NCBI GenBank assembly: GCA_964434735.1
Contig: CAYSWK010000005.1
Coordinates: 1-55,432, forward strand
Origin: Candidatus Micrarchaeota archaeon
Lineage (GTDB): Archaea; Micrarchaeota; Micrarchaeia; Anstonellales; Bilamarchaeaceae
DNA length: 55,432 bases
Direction: 5' to 3'
The position numbers and the translations under genes were made by a program. Below the pieces are notes generated by a model. It worked only from the letters and a program-made list of their open reading frames with translations, searched no databases and was not told the DNA's origin. Of the stretch, positions 1 to 9,138 are shown piece by piece. Numbering within the stretch: position 1 is the first letter of the stretch; every line of letters begins with the position of its first letter.

Positions 1-179
1 CCCATACTCGCAAGGGTCTGAGTTCCGCCAATGACTGAAAGAATGCGTTGTTTTGACGTATTAAAGATGTCTGCAAGCTCCTCAACACCGTACGAGTGCC
101 TGTAATAAAGCATGCGAATTTCAAGCTCTTTTTTCGCATCTTCCATTCCGGATACATAAGCATAGGATGGTGCTTGCAT
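1..179 (-). CDS. Small helix-turn-helix protein, runs off the window edge (MQAPSYAYVSGMEDAKKELEIRMLYYRHSYGVEELADIFNTSKQRILSVIGG...)
   Basis: Hand translation from ATG at 179 (not in ORF track); ELADIFNTSKQRI is HTH-like; TTTATAAA about 25 nt upstream on the minus strand. Confidence 0.6.
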   Translation of the reverse strand, partial: MQAPSYAYVSGMEDAKKELEIRMLYYRHSYGVEELADIFNTSKQRILSVIGGTQTLASM

Positions 180-248
180 GTGTTTATATATGGTAGAAAA
201 GGTTTATAAAGAGTGGTATTAAGTGTTATTTAAAGAAATAATAAAAAA

Positions 249-1244
249 TTAATCCCATTCCAAGGATCCTGCCTTTTTGTACTCAGTAACGCGTGTCTCA
301 AAGAAGTTCTTTTCCTTTGGAAGGTCAACTGATTGCGACATCCAGGGGAAGGGGTTTTCGGTTCCAAACATTTTAGGTAAATCGATGCGTTCCAATCGCC
401 TGTCTGCAATGTATTCGACATATGCCGCAAACTGGTCTGCGTTGATTCCTAAAAGTCCTTTAGGACATGCGTCATAGGCGTATTTTTTCTCAAGCTCAAC
501 TGCTTTTCGAATGAGTCCTACAATCTCATCTTGGAATTCCTTAGTCCATATGGAAGGATTTTCCGTTTTGATCGTATTAATTAGGTCGCAACCAAATGCA
601 AGATGAATCGATTCGTCACGCATGATATATTCAAACTGTTCTCCGATTCCAACCATTTTATTCTGGCGTTTCATGGCAAGCATCATGGCAAATCCTGCGT
701 AGAAAAATATTCCTTCCATGATGACGTAAAATCCTATGAGGTCGCGTACGAACATGCGGATGTTATCATCTCCTTTTGTGTTGAAATTAGGGTTGAATAT
801 CGATTTGGTGAGCTCAACGACAAAATCGTCTTTTTCCTTGATTGAAGGGATGGTGAGATACATTTTGTATATCTCTTCAGGATCAAGGCCAAGCGTATCG
901 CAGCAATAGATGAACGTGTCAGTATGTATTGCCTCCTCAAACGCTTGCCTGAGCAGATATTGCCTGCTTTCGGGGTTTGAAACGTGGTTGTACACGGCCA
1001 AAACGATGTTGTTTGCAGTGAGCGATTCGGCAGTTGAGAAAAACCCAAGGTTCCATAATATGAGCCTTCGTTCTTCCGCATTGAGTGCATGGGGATTTTT
1101 CCATTGTTCAACATCGTTTTGCATTGAAATTTCTTCAGGAGTCCAATTGTTGTTTGTTCCTGTCTTGTAGTATTCTCGTGCCCATAAGTAGGTCATGGGC
1201 AGGATTTTGTTCGGGTCTGTTTTTGAGTTGTTGATTATTCCCAT
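249..1244 (-). CDS. nrdB: Ribonucleotide reductase class I beta subunit, class Ic (Mn/Fe)-type signature
   Basis: GFFSTAESL, EEAIHTDTF, MEGIFFYAGF, RDESIH, NFFETRVTEY motifs. Confidence 0.97.
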   Translation of the reverse strand: MGIINNSKTDPNKILPMTYLWAREYYKTGTNNNWTPEEISMQNDVEQWKNPHALNAEERRLILWNLGFFSTAESLTANNIVLAVYNHVSNPESRQYLLRQAFEEAIHTDTFIYCCDTLGLDPEEIYKMYLTIPSIKEKDDFVVELTKSIFNPNFNTKGDDNIRMFVRDLIGFYVIMEGIFFYAGFAMMLAMKRQNKMVGIGEQFEYIMRDESIHLAFGCDLINTIKTENPSIWTKEFQDEIVGLIRKAVELEKKYAYDACPKGLLGINADQFAAYVEYIADRRLERIDLPKMFGTENPFPWMSQSVDLPKEKNFFETRVTEYKKAGSLEWD

Positions 1245-1253
1245 AGTTTCACC

Positions 1254-4040
1254 TTATTGGCACGCTTCACACGTGTCTCCTCCACTTATAATGGTAGGTT
1301 GAAGGACGGGTGTCACCTGTTTTTCGGCTTCAGAAACAGGCGCTGTTTCAACTGAAGTATATTCTCGTTTTTGAGTAAATCCGTATTTGCTTGCATCAAG
1401 CGTTGATTTTTCAATCTGGCTTGCTGCAAGTGTTCGAAGGTAATAGGTCGTTTTAAGGCCCATCCTCCATGCAGATAGATATACGTCGCTCAATGTCTTT
1501 CCTGAAACTCCTTTAAGGAAAACGTTGTGTGATTGGCTTTGGTCTATCCATTTTGCACGGACTGCGGAATGCTTAAGGAATACAAAGGGGTCAATTTCAA
1601 ATGATGATTTGTATTTGTCCTTAAGTGCGCGCGGCACTGATGGAATCAATTCCAAGTCTCCATCATAGTATTTCATAAGCTCAAGCATTTCGTGATTCCA
1701 AAGTCCTGCCTTTTTGAGGTCATCGACCAAGTACTTGTTCACAACGGTAAATTCTCCGCTCATGTTTGATTTTACATAGATATTCTTGTACATCGGTTCA
1801 ATGCAAGGATAGCAATTGACGATGGTTGAAATCGTTGCGGTCGGTGCAATTGCCATGGTGTTTGAATTTCTCATTCCATACTGACGTATCTGGTTTCTTA
1901 CGAAGTTCCAGTCAAGACGGGCATCACGATTTACCTCAATCTTCATTCCTCGTTCTTGCTCAAGCAAATCTACCGTATCAAGAGGAAGTATTCCCCGGTC
2001 CCATTTGGAGCCTTTGAATGATTCATATGCGCCCTTTTCCTTTGCAAGTTCGCATGATGCAAGGATTGCATAGTACGAAACAAATTCCATGGTCGTATCT
2101 GAAAATATGATTGCATTTTCAGAATCAAACGTCAAATCAAGCATAAATAATGCGTCTTGCACTCCCATAATCCCTAGGCCGATGGGGCGGTGGCGCATGT
2201 TTGAATTCTTTGCCTCAACTGTCGGGTAGTAATTGATGTCAATTACGTTGTCAAGCATGCGGATTGCAATATGTACGGTGTTTGACAATAATTCTTCGTC
2301 AAGTTTTCCATCCTTTATATGCTTTGCAAGGTTGATTGAACCTAGGTTGCATACGGCAGTCTCATCCTTTGACGTATTGAGTGTAATTTCAGTACACAGG
2401 TTTGAGCTGTGAATGACTCCTACGTGGTCTTGTGGTGAGCGGATGTTGCACGGGTCTTTGAACGTAATCCAGGGATGTCCGGTCTCAAAGAGCATAGAGA
2501 GCATTTTTCTCCACAGTTTTTTTGCGGAAATGACCTTGTGTTTTTTCATCTTGCCGTTTCTTGATTTTTCCTCGTATTCAAGGTACTTCTTCTCAAATTT
2601 TCTTCCGTACGTGTGATGAAGTTCGGGCACTTCCTCGCTTGAGAACATGGTCCAGTTTTCATCTGCAATAACTCGCTTCATGAAAAGGTCTGGAATCCAG
2701 CTTGCCGTGTTCATGTCGTGTGTTCTTCTTCTTTCGTCCCCGGTGTTTTTCCTTAAGTCAAGGAAATCCTCATAATCCAAATGCCATACTTCAAGGTATG
2801 CGCACGTTGCCCCTCGTCTTTTTCCGCTTCGGTTTATTGCGGCAGTGACATCGTTTGCGATTTTAAGGAACGGGATGACACCTTGACTTTCAACATTAGT
2901 GCTTTTGATCCAGGAGCCGGTTGCACGAATATTAGTCCAGTCATTTCCAAGGCCTCCTGACCATTTAGAAAGCATGGCGTTGTCACTTAGGCATTTGAAG
3001 ATATGGCCTAAATCATCCTCAACAGTAGTAAGATAACACGAACTCAATTGCGGGTGCGGCGTTCCCGAGTGGAACAACGTTGGAGTTGAGGACATGAACC
3101 GAAATGATGAAAGTACCTCGTAGAATTCAATTGCCCGCAATTCCTTTTCCTTTTCACCTGCGGCAAGGCCCATTGCAACCCGCATCCAGAACCCTTGGGG
3201 TAACTCAATCCGCTTATTGTCGCGTTTTGCAAAATATCTTTCGTACAACGTGTGGATGCCCATATAATCGAACAATTCATCACGTTCAAGCTTGAGCCCC
3301 TTTGCAAGGACATTTAAATCAAATTGAAGGAGCATGGGGTCAAATAGACCCTCTTCAACGCCCTTTTTGATTCCTGCACGGAATGCCTCGCGGTACGCTT
3401 CCTCTTTTGTTTGTGCTTTTGTCGACCTGCCGATAACTTCCTTGCAGATTTTCTGCATGAAAAGCCGTGCCGCAACTTGTCCATACGCGGGATCCCGCTC
3501 GACAAAGGCAGTTGTTGCAAGTATGAGGGATTTTTCTATCTCATCAGAAGTTATGCCGTCAAAAATATTTTTTATGAACTCCTGGGATACCAATTCCGGC
3601 ACAACGACGCTTTCGTATCCGTATGATGCACGTGCAATAGTATCCTTGACTTTATTGATGTCAAACATGACTGTTCTTCCGTCACGTTTTTTGACGGTAA
3701 GTTTTCCTAAAAGTGATTTTTGGATCGTTTTCTTTCGTTCTTCTTCCCGTTCCTTCTGCCTGCTTGCACGGTAGAGAATGTATGCCTTTGCAATTTCGTA
3801 GTTCCCTCCCTTTACGAGGTGTTTTTCAACGATGTCTTGGACATTTTCGACGTTTGGATAAAATTCGCTGAATCGAACGGACAGCTCTTCAGTAATATCA
3901 TTTACCAATTGGTCAAGGATTTCGGTTGCCATTTCGCTTTGGCATGCGACAACTGCCTTGTGAATTGCATTTCTAATTCGTAATGGATCGAATTCGACGA
4001 CTTCCCCCGTTCTTTTCACTATCATGATGCTGTTTGACAT
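1254..4040 (-). CDS. nrdA: Ribonucleotide reductase class I alpha subunit with two N-terminal ATP-cones
   Basis: IVKRTG and VKKRDG cone starts, QLSSCYL, SSNLCTEI, AVCNLGS, APTATIS, TTYYLR, C-terminal CEAC. Confidence 0.98.
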   Translation of the reverse strand: MSNSIMIVKRTGEVVEFDPLRIRNAIHKAVVACQSEMATEILDQLVNDITEELSVRFSEFYPNVENVQDIVEKHLVKGGNYEIAKAYILYRASRQKEREEERKKTIQKSLLGKLTVKKRDGRTVMFDINKVKDTIARASYGYESVVVPELVSQEFIKNIFDGITSDEIEKSLILATTAFVERDPAYGQVAARLFMQKICKEVIGRSTKAQTKEEAYREAFRAGIKKGVEEGLFDPMLLQFDLNVLAKGLKLERDELFDYMGIHTLYERYFAKRDNKRIELPQGFWMRVAMGLAAGEKEKELRAIEFYEVLSSFRFMSSTPTLFHSGTPHPQLSSCYLTTVEDDLGHIFKCLSDNAMLSKWSGGLGNDWTNIRATGSWIKSTNVESQGVIPFLKIANDVTAAINRSGKRRGATCAYLEVWHLDYEDFLDLRKNTGDERRRTHDMNTASWIPDLFMKRVIADENWTMFSSEEVPELHHTYGRKFEKKYLEYEEKSRNGKMKKHKVISAKKLWRKMLSMLFETGHPWITFKDPCNIRSPQDHVGVIHSSNLCTEITLNTSKDETAVCNLGSINLAKHIKDGKLDEELLSNTVHIAIRMLDNVIDINYYPTVEAKNSNMRHRPIGLGIMGVQDALFMLDLTFDSENAIIFSDTTMEFVSYYAILASCELAKEKGAYESFKGSKWDRGILPLDTVDLLEQERGMKIEVNRDARLDWNFVRNQIRQYGMRNSNTMAIAPTATISTIVNCYPCIEPMYKNIYVKSNMSGEFTVVNKYLVDDLKKAGLWNHEMLELMKYYDGDLELIPSVPRALKDKYKSSFEIDPFVFLKHSAVRAKWIDQSQSHNVFLKGVSGKTLSDVYLSAWRMGLKTTYYLRTLAASQIEKSTLDASKYGFTQKREYTSVETAPVSEAEKQVTPVLQPTIISGGDTCEACQ

Positions 4041-4211
4041 GGTATTTCCCCCGATTGTATGAAAGCCTAATGGTAACTGACTTTATGTTTAAAAAGACAA
4101 AATCCTTCGTCGTAAAAATAATATTACTTTGAACCATCATTCATGACTAGTAATGGTAACCATTAAACAAAAATAACCTCACGAATTTTATAAAAGAAGA
4201 AAAAAGAAAAT

Positions 4212-4304
4212 CTATGCCCCTGTTTTGGTTTGACGGACTCCTAAATGCGCCATTCCTTCATAGAGCGCATACAAGCATTCCTTAGCCTGGAGGTATTCAT
4301 CCAT
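4212..4304 (-). CDS. Putative 30-aa small protein MDEYLQAKECLYALYEGMAHLGVRQTKTGA
   Basis: Hand translation; strong GGAGGT SD 5 nt before ATG; start overlaps the stop of the upstream HTH ORF. Confidence 0.45.
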   Translation of the reverse strand: MDEYLQAKECLYALYEGMAHLGVRQTKTGA

Positions 4305-4431
4305 AGGGTACCTCCTGGACTACACGCCAAATAGTCATACGTGATACGCCAAACATGTCAGCAAGCTTTCGCAAGCTAAAGGGCCTTGAATAATATACTT
4401 CAAGCAATTTCTGGACTGTTTCTTCGTCCAT
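4297..4431 (-). CDS. Small HTH protein MDEETVQKLLEVYYSRPFSLRKLADMFGVSRMTIWRVVQEVPYG (true start may lie upstream)
   Basis: Hand translation; SLRKLADMFGVSRMTIWR is a classic HTH; the frame stays open upstream and includes a GRP arm just before the ATG. Confidence 0.75.
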   Translation of the reverse strand: MDEETVQKLLEVYYSRPFSLRKLADMFGVSRMTIWRVVQEVPYG

Positions 4432-4883
4432 CACGTTTGGCCTGCCTGATTTTACAGGTTCTTGTTTTACAAAATTAGGTCTAATGTTTTCCTGATTTCT
4501 TCCAAAATTCTTTTTTACTTTTGTGTGCGAACTGGTTCCCTTACTGGATTTCGCACCACCCTTGTGTTCCGTTTCCCAAAAGACAATCCCTTCCGGTCAT
4601 TTTTTCATCCTCCATGTTTTTGTGTGCCTTTGTGGCACCGATTGCTATTGAGCCCCGTAATCTTTTTAAAGGAGCGTCACAGAACTGATCCAGTGACTCG
4701 TGATGCTCGTCACTAGCTCGTTAACTTTTTTGGAAGTTACCGGTCCGTGGATCGTTTCCAGTTCTCAGCAGCCAGTTTCGAGTCTTCGGCCTCGTTTATC
4801 GTTTCCGGTTTCCTGTTTCGGGTTATTTCTTTTTTCTAAACCAAATAAATACATTTTTAAACACTTTAATACGTAATAGACAT

Positions 4884-6716
4884 ATGTCATTCAGAACTTT
4901 TTGTTCAAGCGTAGCTAGAATGTGTACAAGAAATACTCAAAGAAAGGCAGCTATTGCGTTTGCTGCTGCAGCACTCACCACCGGATGCATTGCAAATCCT
5001 GTTGGAAGAGATAAGGATATTCCTGATACGGGTGTTGATGGAGGCCACATTTCTAATCTACCAAAACAGGATGCACGCATGGAACAAGATGCTGGCTTAC
5101 AAGATGCGACACCGGATACAGGAAACAGGAAACAGGATGCAGGGCACGCAATCCCAGATACTTCTGTGCCTGATGCTATTTTGCCTGATGCGGCTGTTTT
5201 ACCTCAAGCAACACAAAAAACGTTTTCCTTTTTGATCGGTGAACAACTTGATACGACTCTTGAAAATCGCACCTATTCTTGCCAAGAGGATTCACTTTCA
5301 CCAGACCAATTGCCCCAATCAGACGGTATTGGCGGTTTGATTCCAGTTAGTTCGCGCACCAGTTGGTACAAGGTTGAAGATCTCTTCGTACCTTCCTTCA
5401 CTGTTGGCTGTGACGATCAAAACTTAACTGCACATGAGGAGCTTTATATTGCCGGAGACTCAATGTGGCGTGACTCTGAAGATGCAGTTAATGTTCGTTT
5501 CAACGATTTTATGTATAAGGTTACGTTTGATCAGGCACCCCGAATTGAGCCTGATGGAATCGATTCACAGCAATGCGTTTTACGTGACGTCCAGTTCAAC
5601 GGTGAAAAATGGTTTATGGTAGGATTTGGGTTTCCTGAAACTGAGCCGTTAAATGAAAATCATATTGTTCGCGGAGGTTCAATTACGTTGATTAAGCACA
5701 TTCCAAACGGAGAGCCGAATGAAACTATCCGTCTTGTTGATGGCGCCGAACCGCAGATTGACGGCCAGAATGTTGATCTCCATGATGAGCATAAGGCCGG
5801 CTTTGTTTTCTGGAAAAAGGATGCGCAAGGTTGGCATTTGAATGCGTTTGGAATTTCATCAACTGCTCGTTCGGATTGGCTTTCACAAGGAGAGTCGTAC
5901 TCAGTATTTGCGGCAAAGCCAAACATCAAACTTACTTACAAAGGATTTGATCGGGATATTGAAAGTCCCCAAGAAATGGACTCGTTTGAATTGAATGTTG
6001 AACGTGATGGGGAAATTGGTGATTTAGCGCTTGTTCATCCTGAAGGCGAAAGGGGCGTGCTCGTGTTTAATGCAGCTTCGCTTTTGCGCGCCACCTCATT
6101 AAATGGTCTTTTCGCCGGTCATTATCATGAAATTCTGGTTCTTGTTGGCCCGCTTAATCCTCAATTGGAGTATACTCTTCATGATTCAGCAGGCAATGAG
6201 GTTTTAGTCAATAATTCTTTGGATGGTTTAGTATTTGCACGTGAACCGCTCACAGAATCGTATGTGTTTGAAGGGGCACTTGGAAATATGAGTAATCCCT
6301 TTAGTTATCCGACACCACAAGTGCCAAATGCCCTTTTCTTCATAGCTCCGGTTCATGCAAATTCTCCACTGGCGAATATTATTATGCAGTTTGATTTCAA
6401 TGCCGGAGGGCATCCAGAAATGTACGAGTCTCTCTCATTTAATTATTCTCTTGAATGGGAAAGTCTTAATCGGGATATGGGTGTTTTTGAAGCCGATACC
6501 ATCCGGTACGTCGGAATGGCACAATCACTTGTTGGATGTTTGAATGATCCCGAAAGGTCCAGGGCAATCAACCGTAAGCTTGGCATAGGTTCCGATGGAG
6601 GCATTCTTTTTGACTCAATGGATGATCATTCGGCTCAGTTACGTGTACCCCGAAACGGCCCGCTTAAGGTAGTCGTAAACGTTGACTACACTCCTGTCGT
6701 TGAACCTGAAAATTAG
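4884..6716 (+). CDS. Putative lipoprotein with acidic DAG/PDA low-complexity linker and a possible S-layer-like beta domain
   Basis: 610-aa ORF; AAALTTGC lipobox-like; repeated PDTG/QDAG/PDAA; the S-layer resemblance is from memory only. Confidence 0.6.
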   Translation: MSFRTFCSSVARMCTRNTQRKAAIAFAAAALTTGCIANPVGRDKDIPDTGVDGGHISNLPKQDARMEQDAGLQDATPDTGNRKQDAGHAIPDTSVPDAILPDAAVLPQATQKTFSFLIGEQLDTTLENRTYSCQEDSLSPDQLPQSDGIGGLIPVSSRTSWYKVEDLFVPSFTVGCDDQNLTAHEELYIAGDSMWRDSEDAVNVRFNDFMYKVTFDQAPRIEPDGIDSQQCVLRDVQFNGEKWFMVGFGFPETEPLNENHIVRGGSITLIKHIPNGEPNETIRLVDGAEPQIDGQNVDLHDEHKAGFVFWKKDAQGWHLNAFGISSTARSDWLSQGESYSVFAAKPNIKLTYKGFDRDIESPQEMDSFELNVERDGEIGDLALVHPEGERGVLVFNAASLLRATSLNGLFAGHYHEILVLVGPLNPQLEYTLHDSAGNEVLVNNSLDGLVFAREPLTESYVFEGALGNMSNPFSYPTPQVPNALFFIAPVHANSPLANIIMQFDFNAGGHPEMYESLSFNYSLEWESLNRDMGVFEADTIRYVGMAQSLVGCLNDPERSRAINRKLGIGSDGGILFDSMDDHSAQLRVPRNGPLKVVVNVDYTPVVEPEN

Positions 6717-7246
6717 TTTTCATCTTTTTTTATCTCAACAACGGTTATGCTTGCCTTAAGTGTTTTGTCCGCAAGCGGATGGTTGAAGTCAACTGTCACT
6801 TCATCCTTGTTTATTTCCGTAATGATCCCCTTCATTTTTCCTGAGTAGACAATGCCACCTACTTCTTTTTTGACTGTCAGGTCAAGCTGTTCTACGGGGA
6901 AAGTCATGATAAGGTTCGCATTTTTGATTCCATACCCTAATGCCGCAGGAATGGTAATTTCCTTTGTTTCATTTTCTTTCATTCCAATGAGTGCATCTTC
7001 AAAACCGCGTACAAATTGGTATTCTCCAACGATGAGTGTGAATGGGGCGAAGCTGTGAGAAACGCTTATTTTTGCGTTTGTTGCAACCTCTCGTGAAGTC
7101 GTGTCAAGCAGCGTTCCGTTTTCAAGCGAGATAGTATAATCGACGCGTACACGGTCGTCTTTTTCAACCATTTTTTCCGGAGTTTGAGGGGTCGTGCATC
7201 CAAATATAAAAAGCACAACAAGCAAAATAGCAATTATTTTTTTCAT
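6713..7246 (-). CDS. FKBP-type peptidyl-prolyl isomerase (long, insert-in-flap type) with lipoprotein signal
   Basis: VRVDYTISLENG, FVRGFEDALIGM, ITIPAALGYG, VTVDFNHPLA; N-terminal LFIFGC. Confidence 0.92.
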   Translation of the reverse strand: MKKIIAILLVVLFIFGCTTPQTPEKMVEKDDRVRVDYTISLENGTLLDTTSREVATNAKISVSHSFAPFTLIVGEYQFVRGFEDALIGMKENETKEITIPAALGYGIKNANLIMTFPVEQLDLTVKKEVGGIVYSGKMKGIITEINKDEVTVDFNHPLADKTLKASITVVEIKKDEN

Positions 7247-7258
7247 AGCATCAACTTT

Positions 7259-8053
7259 TTATTTGCGTTTTTGTGTTCGTCCGACAGTCACATACGGAGC
7301 ATCTTTCCATGCCCGCAAAATAGCCTTTGCCGCTTCAGTTAAATTAAGTTCCCCGCCCTTCATTTTCATATTCCGACGAAGTGCAATGCTTTCAAGTATC
7401 GAGTCGGGCGTTGGTTTTTCAGGAATTGCAACGTCAAATGTTTTTGAAACCCACCCAAGAAGCACCGGTTCCGTTGAGCATTTTACTAAAAGCGTGTGGG
7501 CGTCCCATTCAGGGTTGGTGCTTGAATCGACGTTTACTGCACCTTTTTGTAAAAGTTCATCCCGTTTTTCGTATTTGGGGAAAACCCCGGGCGAATCGGA
7601 AAGCACGATGTTTTCAGTTATTGAAACCCATTGGATGTTGTTGGTTGTTCCTGCAATGGGCGCTACACGTGCCGCCTTTCGTTTTGCAAGCACGTTTATC
7701 AAACTTGATTTCCCTACATTAGGGTAGCCTATAATTGCGACCTTAAGCGGGCGAGTCGTTTTCTTCTCTTCAATAATCTTAAATATAAAATCCCGTTCAG
7801 TTTTTGACCCTTCTTTTGCGCTTATGTATACGGCATTATCTCGTTTTTCAATATGCGTGGCAAGGTCTGCCTTGTTTGCGAGTATGATGAGCTTGTCTCG
7901 CCCTGCCCATTTTTCGACGCGGTGATTACGGGTCCCCCAGATGTCTCGCGCATCAACGAGCTCGATGACAATGTCACTTTCTTGTATGAGTTTCAAAAGC
8001 CACGGGCGTTTATCTGAATCGAATATCGGGTCTTTCTTTGTGACTTTCTGCAT
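7259..8053 (-). CDS. Circularly permuted GTPase, RbgA/YlqF family
   Basis: DARD, NKAD, SAK, then GYPNVGKSS, GTT, DSPG in permuted order. Confidence 0.9.
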   Translation of the reverse strand: MQKVTKKDPIFDSDKRPWLLKLIQESDIVIELVDARDIWGTRNHRVEKWAGRDKLIILANKADLATHIEKRDNAVYISAKEGSKTERDFIFKIIEEKKTTRPLKVAIIGYPNVGKSSLINVLAKRKAARVAPIAGTTNNIQWVSITENIVLSDSPGVFPKYEKRDELLQKGAVNVDSSTNPEWDAHTLLVKCSTEPVLLGWVSKTFDVAIPEKPTPDSILESIALRRNMKMKGGELNLTEAAKAILRAWKDAPYVTVGRTQKRK

Positions 8054-8104
8054 ATAATTACTTGCCAGCCAACGTTTTTATGACCAACTCTTTACTAGCA
8101 TTTC

Positions 8105-8395
8105 GTGAAGGAAGTTATCTACAAGGTTCCAAACGGAAAGCTCATCCGTCTTCGTGCGTGGTTTAGGCAGGATGGCTCTTTTCGTGATATCCAGATTTTA
8201 GGTGATTTCTTCGTTTATCCTGAGGATGCGCTTCAAAAGATAGAGCAGCTTATTGTTGGAGTAAAACATCTTGAGGAGGCGCAAGAGCATATTACGAGTT
8301 TTGTGCTTGATAATGATGTTATGCTTGTGGGGATTACTCCTGAGGCGATTGTGTACGTACTTTCTCTTGCACAAAAGGATGGTGTGATTCAATGA
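8105..8395 (+). CDS. Lipoate-protein ligase accessory (C-terminal) subunit, LplB-like
   Basis: KVPNGKLIR...IQILGDFFVYPED; GTG start; directly upstream of the LplA catalytic gene. Confidence 0.85.
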   Translation: MKEVIYKVPNGKLIRLRAWFRQDGSFRDIQILGDFFVYPEDALQKIEQLIVGVKHLEEAQEHITSFVLDNDVMLVGITPEAIVYVLSLAQKDGVIQ

Positions 8396-9138
8396 CTCGT
8401 TGGAGATTTCTTTCGTTTGACAATTATCCGGGTCCGCTCAACATGGGAATAGATGAGGCATTGATGGAGTCTGTTTCAAACGGCGGAATGCCCATTATCC
8501 GTTTGTACGGTTGGAATCCTTCCTGCGTTTCCATTGGTTGTTTTCAAAGCATGGATGCCGAAGTTGACCTTGCCTATTGCAAATCACATGATATTTCATA
8601 CGTTCGAAGGAAAACGGGCGGCGGCGCAGTATACCACGATTTCCAAAAGGAAGTTACTTATTCTGTTATTGCGCCCGTTTCGATGTTTTCACATGATATT
8701 ATCAAGTCGTACAAGGAGATTTGCGGCTGGGTTGAGCAGGGCCTTTTGCAGCTTGACTTGCGAACAGAGTTTCGCCCTATAAATGATATTGTTTTCAATG
8801 AGAGGAAAATTTCAGGCAATGCGCAAACCCGTCGTGACGGAGTGCTGCTTCAGCACGGCACTATCCTTTATGATTTGGATATTGAGGCAATGTTTACTGC
8901 ACTTAAGGTTCCTAAGGAAAAAATTTCAGACAAGATGATACAATCCGTCAAAGACAGGGTCACGTGCGTAAAAAACCATAGCTCTGCATCGTTTGATGAT
9001 CTTGTAAAGGCACTTGAATTTGGATTCACGTTTGAGAAAGATTTTGTGCGGGATTCGCTTACCCAAACCGAGCTTATGAGGGCAAAGGATATTGCGTCCT
9101 TTCGTTATTCCTCTAATGAGTGGAACTTAAGCCGTTAG
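8392..9138 (+). CDS. lplA: Lipoate-protein ligase A catalytic subunit
   Basis: NMGIDEAL, RRKTGGGAVYHD, KISGNAQ, LQHGT. Confidence 0.95.
   Translation: MTRWRFLSFDNYPGPLNMGIDEALMESVSNGGMPIIRLYGWNPSCVSIGCFQSMDAEVDLAYCKSHDISYVRRKTGGGAVYHDFQKEVTYSVIAPVSMFSHDIIKSYKEICGWVEQGLLQLDLRTEFRPINDIVFNERKISGNAQTRRDGVLLQHGTILYDLDIEAMFTALKVPKEKISDKMIQSVKDRVTCVKNHSSASFDDLVKALEFGFTFEKDFVRDSLTQTELMRAKDIASFRYSSNEWNLSR

Noticed and set aside
4745-4825. Hammerhead ribozyme suggested by GAAAC units and CTGCTGA on the minus strand
   Set aside because: The core needs CUGANGA, and I could not build the three helices in the required order.
4801-5136. Inverted match between GAAACAGGAAAC units at about 4801-4819 and 5121-5136 as element ends
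   Set aside because: Low-complexity 7-bp microrepeat; no target-site duplication or transposase.
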